A stretch of 64,000 nt of DNA from Cenococcum geophilum. Its lineage: Eukaryota. Shown one piece after another: positions 1 to 12,745 of the stretch (positions within the stretch are counted from its first letter, which is position 1; every line of letters begins with the position of its first letter). The notes below the pieces were generated by a model. The model made no database searches. It was given only the letters and a program-made list of their open reading frames with translations, and was not told the DNA's origin. The position numbers and the translations under genes are program-made. The stretch lies in contig CP158635.1 of NCBI GenBank assembly GCA_050273025.1, forward strand, positions 12,214,001 through 12,278,000, given 5' to 3'.

Positions 1-300
1 TAGGCTAAGAGGTAAGACTATAATAAGCCCTGTCGCGATTCTAATATGTCCTTTTTTAAGGTCTAATATTATCTTCTTAAAGATAAGGTCAGTGTTATTT
101 TAAAAGGAGTTGTGGTTCCTATAGGATCTTAGGGTAGGAATAGACTTGGCTCCTATCTCGCAGCTATAGGTTAGGATACCTACTAAGATGGCTAGTAGAT
201 TGCCTAGGTAGTTAGATAGAAGGTAGTGCCACGCTAAAATCCTTAGGGGCGATAGAGAGTAGTAGAGAGCCTTCGCCTCTATAAAGGTAGGAAATAATAG
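1..300 (-). pseudogene. N-terminal part of a DIRS/Ngaro-type reverse transcriptase
   Basis: Translates SPLRILAWHYLLSNYLGNLLAILVGILTYSCEIG...NHNS...KIILDLKKGHI...VLPLSL. This matches the PLxxxxWxxLLxxYP...GxxIG...NxxS...SPLGL lead-in of YR-element RTs. Confidence 0.65.
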
Positions 301-389
301 TAACGTATTAGGCCTAGGTCCTAGGCGTATAACTAAAGTTAGTGTTATTATTAGGCTAAACCCTACTTCGTAAGGTTTACTTTACTATT

Positions 390-1273
390 CCTAGGCACAA
401 GCTTTAGATAATATAGTAATTTTTACTATACTTTAAGCACTTATATAGGTATTTATAAGCTGTATTATTATAGCCTCTACTATTAAACCTATGGCAGGTA
501 TTAGAGGTATAAAAGGTATCTAACTTGGGTCTCTTTAAGGCGGCAAAGCCGATAGCACTAGATATCGTAAGGTATGGCGCTGTATACTAGGCTAGTATTT
601 GCCAATTAGCGGGCTCTAGTTAGCCATTGGTTATTATAAAGGTATAATAGTTAAGTACTAAATTAAGTATATAACCTACCTAGATATACTAGGTTAATAA
701 GGTATAAATTATGTTTATCTAAAGAAGTATGCTAGTAATAAGGTCTAGCGGGTATGTATAGAGGGTGCCAGTAATAACTACGTAGTTAGTAAAACCTTTA
801 AATTAGACACCTTTATCTATAAATAGCTTTCTATCTACCTTTGCCTTCCTTATAACTAGAGTACCATTCTTAATCTATATCTTATTAGCAATCTTAATTT
901 AAGCAGTATAGACTTAAAGATAGGCGAGGTTTACTAGATTGAAGGTACCCTTAAAAATATCTAGGTAATCCCTTTTTATAACGCTAGAAAGGTAGAGTTT
1001 AAGCGACTTTATACTAGGAGGAAGAGGCTTACTAAGGACATTAGCTATAGCAGCTGTTATAGTAGCCTATAAGGCCGAAGCGGCTAAGCCTAACTATAAT
1101 TAAGCTATTTAAGCTAGGTGGTATTTATACTAGCGAGCCTCCTCTACTAGGCGGGCTTTATGCTCTTCCTTATACTTCTAAATCTCCCTTTTATCTCGGG
1201 CTTGTTCCCTTTACTCTTTAGTAATTTCGCGCTTTTTTATGGCAGTGGCGCGTATATTAGCCTCGGACGGCAT
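390..1273 (-). pseudogene. ORF1/gag-like protein of the YR retroelement
   Basis: ATG at 1273 (MPSEANIRATAIKKRE...), then a charged coiled-coil. The C-terminus TCHRFNSRGYNNTAYKYLYKCLKYSKNY reverts under RIP to CxxFNxxGCxxxxCxYxHxCxxCGxxH. Many TAA/TAG stops. Confidence 0.6.
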
Positions 1274-1561
1274 TATAGGACTAGTAGAGGAAGATATAGC
1301 GGTTATAGACGATGGTGTAGTTAAGGTAGGTTATCTAGGTAGGTTTGCTTATTAGGATTATACACGTGTACAAATCTCCCAGTTAGTTATAAGCGGTAAT
1401 AACGTTATAAAATAATTCTTAAACGAATGGATAATAAATATATAATGAATATTAATGAGTTTAGCAATATTAAAAGCGAATTAGCCACGTAGTGACTGCG
1501 TTTAATATTCGCAAATATTGCAGGAGGTCTTAGCATTATACGTTACTAAGGTAGTTGCTAC

Positions 1562-1984
1562 TGTAACGGAACCTTATAGCAGGAACTATAATAGGCTCGT
1601 TATTAGGCTAGGTATATAGGTGAAGTAAGTTAAAGTTAATAATGTAATAATAACTAGTGGAGTAGTTGCCTAATAGATTAACTCTAATTATATTCTAAGA
1701 ATTACTATAAGGAAGGAACTATCTAGGTAGGGACTAAGGGTCCTTAAATACATAACCGTACTCCTAAGAAATCCTTCTTATATATAATGTACGTCTTATA
1801 TATAAGGTATATAAGTTCCTCTTATTTCTCTTGTTTAATATATAGCATATTATATAACCTTAGTTACTATTCCTCGTTATATAGTTTTATTGGCTCCATC
1901 CTAGACTATACTTAAATTAACTAACTAGCTTCTTCCGACTCCCCTCCTAGTAGCTATAATATTATACTTAAAGCGTCCGTAACA
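1562..1984 (-). repeat. 3' LTR of element A
   Basis: TGTAACGGAACC...GTCCGTAACA; direct repeat of 16938-17360. Confidence 0.95.
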
Positions 1985-2092
1985 CTATCTCCCTCCTCTT
2001 TATCTTTGTCCTTAAAGATTTAAAATATCTCTAAGTTATTTACTAGAGGTATAATATCCGTCTAATTAATTTAGTTAATATTATTACTTATT

Positions 2093-2750
2093 ATACCTAA
2101 AGCAATTTCTTCTTTACACGCCCAACGTTGTGCTCGCACTGTTGCTGTAATAGTATCTCTTAATAAGATTATACCGTCTCTATATTCTTACTATTTAAAA
2201 GAGGGGTTAGTCTATATTGCGTTAGCGAACCCATCTTTACAATAACTGTCCTCTTATTTGGAGTGTACTAAAGTAAATATTTATTTGTCCTATAACATTC
2301 GCTCTACCTTTAATACTAAATATACGCGACCTATTACTCTTAATAGTTATCTAGTTCCCTAATTAATTTATCTTAGGGTTTTATATTTAATCTACTGCTA
2401 CGTAGCTAAATAGTAAACTATTGTATACCCTTATAGAGTTAGAATGTTCTTAGAATGCGGAATAGAAGGCCCTAGATACTCGTATTATGGCGTCTACTTA
2501 ATTACTCCGTCTTAAGAAGGTTTATAAAAAGGTGTATTTTAAAGAGTAGAAACTTATAAAATAAGGTCTGTAGGAACTTAGTAATAAAAGAATAGATTTT
2601 TTTTTAATAGAGAAGGAAATAGATCTAAGTAGCTCGGCAACTATTCTTCTTAGGTCCCCCTTAAGTAACTTATTCTTTGGCAATCCTTCTTTATTAATAC
2701 TGCCTGACCTAATTTCTTCTAATACTCCTATACCTTTCCTATAGCGTTCT
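2093..2750 (+). pseudogene. Antisense accessory ORF of element A: Zn2Cys6-like motif plus coiled coil, with a putative 55-nt intron (2322-2376)
   Basis: ATA(ATG) CCT AAA GCA at 2093. The Cys pattern is reconstructed from copies A, B and C. Removing 2322-2376 joins T+GG (Trp) into a heptad-rich frame (ELECS*NAE*KALDTRIMAST*LLRLKK). The 3' end is approximate. Confidence 0.6.
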
Positions 2751-5700
2751 TTAAATTTTTTAGTAGCTCTTAGGTAGTCTTAGTGTAGCCTATCTACTTA
2801 ACCTTATACTATATTTTATTATTAACGTCCTTATAACTAACGATCTTTAAAACTTATTATTTATCTTTTTTCTAACCTCTATATGTGTCTGCTTTATAAA
2901 CTAGTGGCTTAATATTCCTATATACTAGCTTTAGCATTACAATATACTATATAGGGTAGATCTTTATTTTAGCTAGTAGGTTTAACTTAAACGTAACCGG
3001 TGAAATCCTTTATATAATTTTAAAAGGTCTTAGTCTAATATAGTCTAACTTCTTACTTAGTTGTTAACTCTTAAAATTTTTGTGTAGTAGCTATACTTTA
3101 TCTCCCTCCTTAAGATTTGGTCCCTTAGATCTCTTAGTATTATAGTACTTTTTTATTTTCTCTTATATTTTCTTTACTAATTCTATAAGGTCTATATAAA
3201 GATTTATTAACGTCTTTATTCTTTCTTTTACTATACTACTTATCTTCTTTACTTATTATGGTAATAATAATATTCTAGGCTTATATCCGTAATTTGCCTT
3301 AAATAGTAATATACCTATTTCTTTTTAAGGTATTATATTATATATAAACTATATAACTAGTAATAATAATACCTAATTATTTTACGCGTGGTTAATATAG
3401 TGTTTTAGATACTGCTCTAGTGTCTAATTTAATCTTTCCGTTTAACTGTCTGTCTATAGATAATATACGGTAAAAGTTGCTACTCTAACTTCTTACTCCG
3501 CTAAGAATACTTCCTAGAATACTGCTATAAATCTTAGATCTCTATCTAATATAATCTTACTTAGTGCTCTATATCTTAAGAATATTTCCTTTATATAGAT
3601 TCTAGCGATATCTTCCGCTAAGATTTCTTCTATATATGCTATAAAGTATCCCTACTTTATAAGCTTATCTACTATTACTAAGATTATATTATAATCTTAT
3701 CCGGTAATAGGGTCTCTTAACTTTAGTAACTTAATAATAAAGTCCTATAATATAACCTCCTATAGTCTCTCTAGTATTTTAATAGGTTGTAGCCCTCTAT
3801 ATAGCTTATGCCTTATTAGTTTATTTTTTTAGTAATTTAGATATTCCTTTATAACTTTACGCGCTAGTTCCTAGATTCTATTAATAATATACTCCTCTTA
3901 GAGTTTTAATACTAAGCCTCTGGCTCCATTGTATCCTTAAGTTATTCCCTTATAGAATTTTTCTATAAATTATCCTACTATGCTTCTTAGGATGTACTTA
4001 GCTTCTTAATTCTTATATATATCCGTCTATAGATCTTCTAGCTATACTTTTAGAATCCTTTATACCTAAAAGCTTTTTAGTATTTTATAAACTCTTTCTA
4101 GTTCTTCCTAAGTTATTATAATTTTTGGATAATTATACCTAATTAATCCATCTATATCTTTTCGTAGTAAAGCCCCTAATAGCTTCTTATTGTTTTATAG
4201 TTTAGCTTTTTAACTTAAAGCATCTGCCCTTATATTATCTATACCCTTAGTATACTAAATCTTAAAATGGTATTCTGTAAGCATCTCTACCTATCTAACC
4301 TATCTTTAGTTAAGTTCCTTTATTATTAGGAATCCTATTAGGTTCTTATAATCCGTCTTAACTATAAATAGTTTTTCTATACCTTATAAGAATACTCTCT
4401 ATTTCTTTAGTACTGTAACTATACCTAATAACTCCTTATTATAGATGTTATAGTTTAACTCTAGTAGTATTATCTTCCAACTATAGTATACTACTAGGTG
4501 CTATCTATCTTAATATTTCTATATAAAGTACGCCCCTAGTATATAGTCTAATGTATTTGTTTTTATAACTATCTCTAGTCCTAGTTAATAGATCTTAAGA
4601 ACTAGCTCCTAGATAAACGACTCTTTGACTTTTTTTTAAAAAGTTCCCTTTATTTCTCTCCCTATGCCTATAGTTTTTCTTTTTTTATTAATTGCGTAAA
4701 CGGCTTAATATCCTTTAACCATTATACTATAAACCTTCTATAGTAATTGCAAAACCCTAGGAATAATCTTAACTGCGTAACGTTCTCTAGTTCTTGCTAA
4801 TTTACTATAGCCTCGATCTTCTTTAGATCTATACTAAGTTGGCCTAGTTTAATAATAAATTTAACGAAATCTGTCTTCCTAATAAAGAACTTGCATTTCT
4901 TAATTGCTACTAGCATCTATTCTTCTTATAGTCTCTTTAAGACCTATTTAACGTATTCTCCGTGTTCTTCCTTACTTATTAAGTAGATAATAATATTATT
5001 AAGGTATACCATAACAAATTCATCTAAGTGTTCTCCTAATATATTATTAATGCGCTTTTAGAACATTACTAGTGCGTTTATAAGCCCAAATTATATAACT
5101 AATAGTTTATATAGTCCTTCCTTTAACCTAAAGGCTGTCTTCCATTTATTGCCTTCCTTAATCCTAATCTAATAGTACGCCTATCTTAGATCTATCTTTA
5201 TAAAGATTTGCGCGTTACCTATCCTATCTTAAATTTCGCTAATTAAGGGTAAAGGATACCTATCCTTCCTAGTGATGCTGTTTAACTGTCTGTAGTCAAT
5301 ATACAGCCTTAGTTTGCTATTCTTCTTAGGTATAAATAGTACTAGATATCCTGCTAATGATTATTATTACAAACGCTTTAAGTACGATGTTATAACTACT
5401 AGGAGAGGAGTCGGAAGAAGCTAGTTAGTTAATTTAGGCACGGTCTAGGATGGAGCCGATAGAACTATATGACGAGGAATAGTAACTAAGGTTATATGAC
5501 GTGCTATGTATTAAATAAGAGGAACGAGAGGAACTTACGTACCTTATGTATAAGACGTACATCACGTATAAGAAGGATTTCTTAGGAGTACAGTTGTGTA
5601 TTTAAGGACCTTTAGTCCCTACCTAGATAGTTCCTTCCTTATAGTAATTCTTAGAATATAATTAGAGTTAATCTATTGGGCAACTACTCCACCAGTTATT

Positions 5701-5831
5701 ATTATTTGTTAACTTTAACTTATATTACCTATATACCTAGCCCATTAATAAACCCATTGTAGTTCCTACTATAAGGTTCCGTTATATAATTACTACCTGG
5801 TTACGGTATTAAGTATAAAAAGTTAAATAAT

Positions 5832-8768
5832 ATACCACCAAAGACAGCCACTACGACGCCATTAACGGCGGTAACTACTTTAAGGTTAGTAGGTAACACT
5901 AGTATAGCGGACACTAACTTTTAGTAACCTGTGACGGTCGGACAGTTATAAGAGGTAATTAATTAGTTAATAGCTAATAATACAGTGTTAGAAGAAAGGG
6001 TTAATGGGATAGGAGTAGCGAAGGTTAAGTTACCATTAATTAAGAGATTCTTAGGAGAAAGAACGAAGCTTAAGGGATTCCTTACGTAAATGCACTTTAA
6101 AGTTATATAAGAAGGGGTAAAGCTATTAATACCTATGGATCGAATAGCCTATGCAGGACTATTCTTATTAAGAAGAGTACTTAAGTAGTTTAAACCTTAT
6201 TTTATAGAGATATAGACGAATGGGATAACAACCACTAACTAAGAGGTGCGATTTATGTTCTTAAGCTGGGAAGGATTTATAGAGCGACTTATATAAATAT
6301 TTGGAGACCCGGAGGCAGTGACTATAGTAAAAAGAAAACTTTAAGACCTTATATAAAGAATATTAGTAATTAAGTATATAACGTAGTTCCAGACGCTAGT
6401 AATATAAGTAAAGTGAAATAATAAGGCGCTTATAGTATAGTATAAATAAGGACTTAAGGCTAAAGTTTAGGACATAATTATCCTAATAGAAGATGCGGAT
6501 ACCCTAAGGGACCTAATAGATTAAGCGATTAAGATTAATAATTGGATCTACTAAAGGGAACAGACTAAGAGAGGTTAAAATAGAGTTCTATAGTTATATA
6601 AGGCGTAAAGTACGTAATAACTAAAGCTAAGTTAGAAATTATGGTATGGTGCGGAGCTAATAGACCTAAGTGGTACTAAAGAAGCCTATAAGAGATAGAG
6701 TAAGAAACTATAGAAATTTAGAGGTTAAGGATTTAGTGATTATAGGACTAAGGAGTAGAGGCTAAACTAGGGATCTTAGTAGTAGAAGATATTTAGGCGG
6801 ACTTTATAGTAAAGTTAATGGTTTAAAGATGGAGCTTATATAAATTATAGGAAATAAGGTTATTTTGCGAGGAATTATAAAGATGGTTAGAGTTACTATA
6901 TAATAAAGGGAATAAGACTAGTAGTGGAAGACATATATATATAGAGGGACAATAGTATACTGCGAGGAATAAAGGAATGTTTAATTAGAAGTTTTACGTT
7001 CTATTATAACAACACATACCAAATTTATAAAGACGCTAAGTATGGCGTAAGCTATTAGCTATAGAAGCCGAAATCTATATAGTATAGAGGAACTAATGAA
7101 TTAGTTTATAGATCGGATATTAAGGACGATAACTTTAACGTAGGCGAAACATTCTGTAATAATAAGGTAATAAAGGCGGCTTACTAGGAGCACGTAAACC
7201 TTAGAGATGTTATAATAGAGGTAGAGGATAATTCTACTATAGAATAGGGAATATTAGTAGGGATTAAGACCCCACTAGACACGATGTTTATTGCTTTATA
7301 AGATATAAGAGAAGTAGGACAGTGAACTACTTTAGTACTTAATAAAGGTAAAAAGCTAAAGGCTTAAGATTCTTAAGACAAGATAAGAGATGACTAAGAC
7401 TTTTAAGATAAAATAAGGTAGACCTAAGGACCTATAATAGATAGCAACCGATAGAGTAGGGTAGTAGCTTAGTTTAAAGATATATAAATAAGCTTAGGAT
7501 AGAGTTTCCCATAGGTATAAGACTCTTAAAGTAAAATAAGTGAGATTTAAAACTCTTAAGACGAGATAAAAACACTAAGTAAGCCTAGATAGACTAAGGC
7601 TAGAGTAAAGCTTAAGTTAGAAGTAAGCTTAGGATTAAGAATCCTATAGAACTAAGACTTTAAGTAACAAATAAGGACTATTAAATAGATTAGAGAATCT
7701 ATAGTATAAACAGTAACTAGACTGGGAGACAGATATATAAACTTAGAGGACTTATTAGTAGAATATAGTGTTCGGACTAAAGATTAAAAAGTTAATACTA
7801 AGATTAAGAAGTAAGAAGACTTTAAGGATCTACTTATAAGACGCGAAAGAAAAGAGACTATAGAGGACTTTAGGGCAAAAATTACCTTATAGTAAGAATA
7901 GAAACTAGATAAGAGATCTAGCACGTTAGGACGTACTAAGGATAGAGTACCTGTATAAAGAATCACTAATAGGCCTAGGGTAGGCACACTAAGAGCTAAG
8001 TGGCTTATTAAACTGGAATAAGAAGAGGATTTAGGGATTTTAACTAGGTTCGAGGAACGACATATAAAAGGCTGTTACGACGTAGTAATGAGAAGATACT
8101 TCCTTATAGATAAACCGTATATACTCTAGCAGCTATACTAAAAGTAGTATAGGCAAAGGCACAACAATAAGTAGGAAGATTTCTATATATAGTTAGACGA
8201 GAAAGTTATTTAAGACTACCCGATTATAGAAAAAGCGATAAGTTATATTAAGGGAGCCTTAATTATAATATTAAAAGATCTAAAGGAGCGTTTAGAGGAC
8301 TAAAAAAGTAAAAGACATATCTTAGTACCTGCGAATAAAGTTATAACGTTTAGATTAATATAAGAGAGGTTTAAACTTAAGAATAAAGATAAACTAAGAG
8401 TTAACCTAAAGCACCTAGTATATTATATATTAACGTGGATTATATATATAAATAATACGTATAATATATATAGAGCACTAAAGGATAAGTATTAAAAATA
8501 TCCTATAAGAATATATTAGATAACTAAGGAGTAAAAATACTAGAACGCTAAGTATATATATAGCTAGTATCTAGTAGAAGTTTAGGAGTTAGGAGACTTA
8601 ATACTTTAGCTAGGAAGATTCCTTACGGAAGAATACCTAGATGGATAATAGTGGTGGGAATGCCTAGAGAATACGTATCTATAGTATATTAAAGAAAAGA
8701 AGCGAACTAAGTATTAGCTTAAGTTGGACTAAGTATAAATAGGATTAAGTAGCTAATAGTTGGGAAAA
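5832..8768 (+). pseudogene. gag: gag of element B with a long C-terminal extension
   Basis: ATA(ATG)CCACCAAAG start; KVKLPLIKRFLGERTKLKGFLT*M capsid lead-in; RIPed CCHC knuckle at about 6835-6880; ends at slippery heptamer G GGA AAA (8762-8768). Confidence 0.85.
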
Positions 8769-11700
8769 GTAGAGGCCTACGGGACCAGAGGGAGCCAGTA
8801 GTAGAGCCTTAGACCCTTAAAGGAATTTAAGGACAACACCTAAATTTATAAGTTAAATAGTAAGATTAATAGTTTAAGGCGTTAATAGATAGTGGAGCGA
8901 TAAGGAACTATATCTTATTAGTAGCAGTTAAGAGAATGGGATTACCTTATAAATAAAAGGAGAAACCTTACCTATTAGTAATAATTTTAGGAGATCTAAT
9001 AACCTATAGAGGAGGGATTATTAATTTAGAAACAGGACCTATTTAGTTAACTATTAAAGGGAGATAAATTGAGATGTCTTTTAATATATTACCATTAGGG
9101 AATAATAAGGTAGTACTAGGAATGCCTTAGTTATAGGAATATAATCTAAAGATCGATTAGATTATAAGTTAGGTTAATATTAGAGATACTTAACGCCATA
9201 AGATATAATAATAAGCTAAGTTAGTATAGTATTAAGTCGGAGCAATATATAAGGAGACTGAGTGAGGCTTAAGTTATATACCAAAGAGATACTATAAGTA
9301 CGGTAAGAAACTATAGTTACTAGAAAGTAAGAAACTGTTAAAATATATAGTATGGGACTATAAGATAGAATTAGAACTAGGAATAAGTCTAAAGTTCTTT
9401 CTAATATATAAGCTTACCGAAGAAGAAGGTAGAGCATTGAAAGAGTTTATCTAGGAAAACCTACGAAAGGGATATATTAGACCATCGCAGTTATTAGTAG
9501 GATATCCAGTACTATTCGTACTAAAGAAGAATAGTAAACTAAGACTGTGTATCGACTATAGATAGTTAAACAGTATTACTAGAAAGGATAAATATTCTTT
9601 ACCCTTAATTAGCGAAATCTAAGATAGGATAGGTAACACGTAAATCTTTACAAAGATAGATTTAAGATAGGCGTACTATTAAATCCGGATTAAGGAAGGC
9701 GACAAATAGAAGGCAGCCTTTAGGTTAAAGGAAGGACTGTATAAACCATTAGTTATATAATTTAGGCTTATAAACGCACTAGTAACGTTCTAGAAGCGTA
9801 TTAATAATATATTAGGAGAACACTTAGATGAATTTATTATGGTATATCTTAATAATATTATTATCTACTTAATAACTAAGGAAGAACACAGGGAACACGT
9901 TAAATGGGTTTTAAAGAGACTATAAGAAGAATAGATGCTAGTAGCGATTAAAAAATGCGAGTTCTTTACTAAAAAGATAGATTTTATCGGATTTATTATT
10001 AAACTAGGCCAACTTAGTATAGATCTAAAGAAGATTAAGGCTATAGTGAATTAGCAAGAACTAGAGAACGTAATACAGTTAAGATCGTTTTTAGGGTTTT
10101 GCAATTACTATAAAAGGTTTATAGCGCAGTAGTTAAAGGACATTAAGCTATTTACGCGGTTAATAAAGAAAGAAGAACTATAGGTATAGGGAGAGGAGTA
10201 GTAAGAACTCTTTAGAAAAGTTAAAGGGTTATTTACCTAGGAGCTAGTTCTTAAGATCTATTAACTAGGTCTAAAGACGGTTGTAGAGACGGACGCATTA
10301 GACTATATACTAGGGGTATACTTTATATAGAAATATTAAGATAGATGGCACCTAGTAGTATATTATAGTTGAAAAATAACACTACCGGAGTTAAACTATG
10401 ACATTTACAATAAGGAGTTATTAAGTATAGTTATAATACTAAAGGAATAGAGAGCATTCTTATAAGGTATAGAGAAACTATTTATAGTTAAAACAGACTA
10501 TAAGAACCTAATAGGATTTCTAACGACAAAGGAACTTAACTAAAAATAGGTTAGATGGGCGGAGATGCTTACAGAATACTATTTTGAGATTTAGTATACT
10601 AAGGGTAGATGCTCTAAGTTATAAGGCTAAACTATAGAACGATGAAAAGCCATTAGGGGCTTTACTGCGAAAAGATATAGACGGATTAATTAGATATAAC
10701 TATCCAAAAATCGCAGCAACTTAGGAAAATAAAGAACTAGAAAAAGTGTACAAGACATTAGAAAGCTTTTAGGAGTAAAGAATTCTAAAAGTATAGCTAG
10801 AAGATCTATAAATAGATATATATAAGAATTGAGAAGTAAAGTATATTCTAAAAAGCATAGCAGAGCAATTTATAGAAGATTTTTATAAAGGAATAACTTA
10901 AGGACATAATAGAGCCAGAGGCTTAGTGTCGAGACTCTAAGAGGAGTATATTATTAATAGAATCTAAAGCTTAGCACAGAAAATTACTAAAGAATATCTA
11001 GATTATTAAAGGAATAAACTAATAAGGTATAAGCCGTATAGAGGGCTATAACCTATTAAAACACTAGAGAGACTATAGGAGGTTATATTATGGGACTTTA
11101 TTATTAAGTTGCTAAAATTAAGAGATCCTATTACCGGATAAGATTATAACGTAATTTTAGTAATAGTAGACAAGCTTATAAAGTGGGGATACTTTATAGT
11201 ATATACAGAAGAAATCTTAGCGGAAGATGTTGCTAGAATCTATATAAAGGAAGTGTTTATAAAATATAAAGCACTAAGTAAGATTATATTAGATAGAGAT
11301 CTAAGATTTATAGTAGTATTTTAGGAGGTATTCTTAGCGGAGTAAGGAGTTAGAGTAGCAACTTTTACCGTATATTACCTATAGACAGACGGTTAAATGG
11401 AAAGATTAAATTAGACACTAGAGTAGTATCTAAGACATTATATTAATTATGTATAGAATAATTAGGTATTGCTATTACTAGTTATATAGTTTGCATATAA
11501 TGCAACACCTTAAAAAGGAATAGGTATATTACTATTTAAGGCGAATTACAGATATAAGCTAAGAATATTATTATTACTATAATAAGTAAAGAAAATAAGT
11601 AGCAGAGCTAAAGAAAGAATAAAGACGTTAATAAATCTTTATATAGACCTTATGGAATTAGTAAAGAAAGTATAAAAGAGAATAAAAAGGTACTATAATA

Positions 11701-12170
11701 CTAAGAGATCTAAGGGACCAGATCTTAAGGAGGGAAATAAAGTATAGCTACTATATAAAAATCTCAAGAGTTAATAACTAAGTAAGAAGTTAGACTACGT
11801 TAGACTAGGACCTTTTAAAATTATATAAAGGATTTTACTGGTTACATTTAAGTTAAACCTACTAGCTAAAATAAAGATCTACCCTATATAGTATATTGTA
11901 ATACTAGAGCTAGTATATAGGAATATTAAGCTATTAGTTTACGAAGCAGACACGTATAAAGGATAGGAAGAAGACAAATAGCAAGTTTTAAAGCTTATTA
12001 GTTATAAAAACGTTAACGATAAAATATAGTATAAGGTAAAGTAGATAGGCTATAATAAGACTACCTAGAAACTACTAAAGAATTAAAAAAATATTATAGG
12101 AAAGGTATAGGAGTATTAGAAGAAATTAGGTTAGGCAGTATTAATAAAAAAGGATTACTAAAGAATAAGT
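8762..12170 (+). pseudogene. pol: pol of element B (protease, RT, RNase H, integrase, chromodomain)
   Basis: LIDSGA at 8882; VYLNNIIIY (=YLDD) at about 9842; ETDALDY at about 10286; NYDIYNKELL at about 10394; WDFIIKL at 11091; TDG*MERLN*TLE*YL at about 11385; chromodomain at about 11970-12120. Many TAA/TAG stops. Confidence 0.9.
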
Positions 12171-12745
12171 CACCTAAGGGGGACCTAAGAAGAGCAGTTA
12201 CTGAACTACTTAGATCTATTTCCTTCTCTATTAAAAGAGAATCTGTTTTTTTATTACTAAGTTTTTATAGACCCTATTCTATAAGTTTTTACTTCTTAAA
12301 ACGCACCTTTTTATAACCCTTCTTAAGATAAAGTAAATGAGCAGACGCCGTAATCTAAGTATCTAAGGCTTTCTATTCCACATTATAAGAATATTCTAGC
12401 TTAGTAAGAGCCTAAGATAGTTTACCATCTAGCTAAGTAGCAGTAGATTAGACACGAGATTTTAAGATAAATTAATTAGGGAACTAGACAACTATTAAGA
12501 GTAATAGGTCACGTATATTTAGCATTAAAAGTAGAGCGAACGTTACAGGATAAATAAATATTTGCTTTAGTATACTTTAAATAAGAGGACGGTTATTATA
12601 AAGAAGGGTTTGCTAACGTAATATAAACTAACCCCTTTTTTAAACAGCAAGAATATAGAGATAGTATAATCTTACTAAGAAATAGTATCGCAGTAATAGT
12701 ATAAGCACGACGTTAGGCGTATAAAGAAGAAATTACTTTAGGTAT
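12090..12745 (-). pseudogene. Antisense Zn2Cys6-like/coiled-coil ORF of element B
   Basis: Reverse-complement homologue of 2093-2750, at the same position between the pol end and the PPT. Confidence 0.55.

Larger units (their letters stand above)
1..1561 (-). mobile_element. 5' part of a tyrosine-recombinase (DIRS/Ngaro-like) retrotransposon, RIP-degraded, running off the window start
   Basis: Minus strand shows an ORF1 ending in a Cys/His finger, followed by an RT N-terminus of the YR-retroelement type. The YR domain and terminal repeats are not visible. The right boundary is set only by the insertion of element A. Confidence 0.65.

Noticed and set aside
7784..7987. 67-aa hydrophobic ORF
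   Set aside because: It is an antisense shadow of the purine-rich gag extension of element B.
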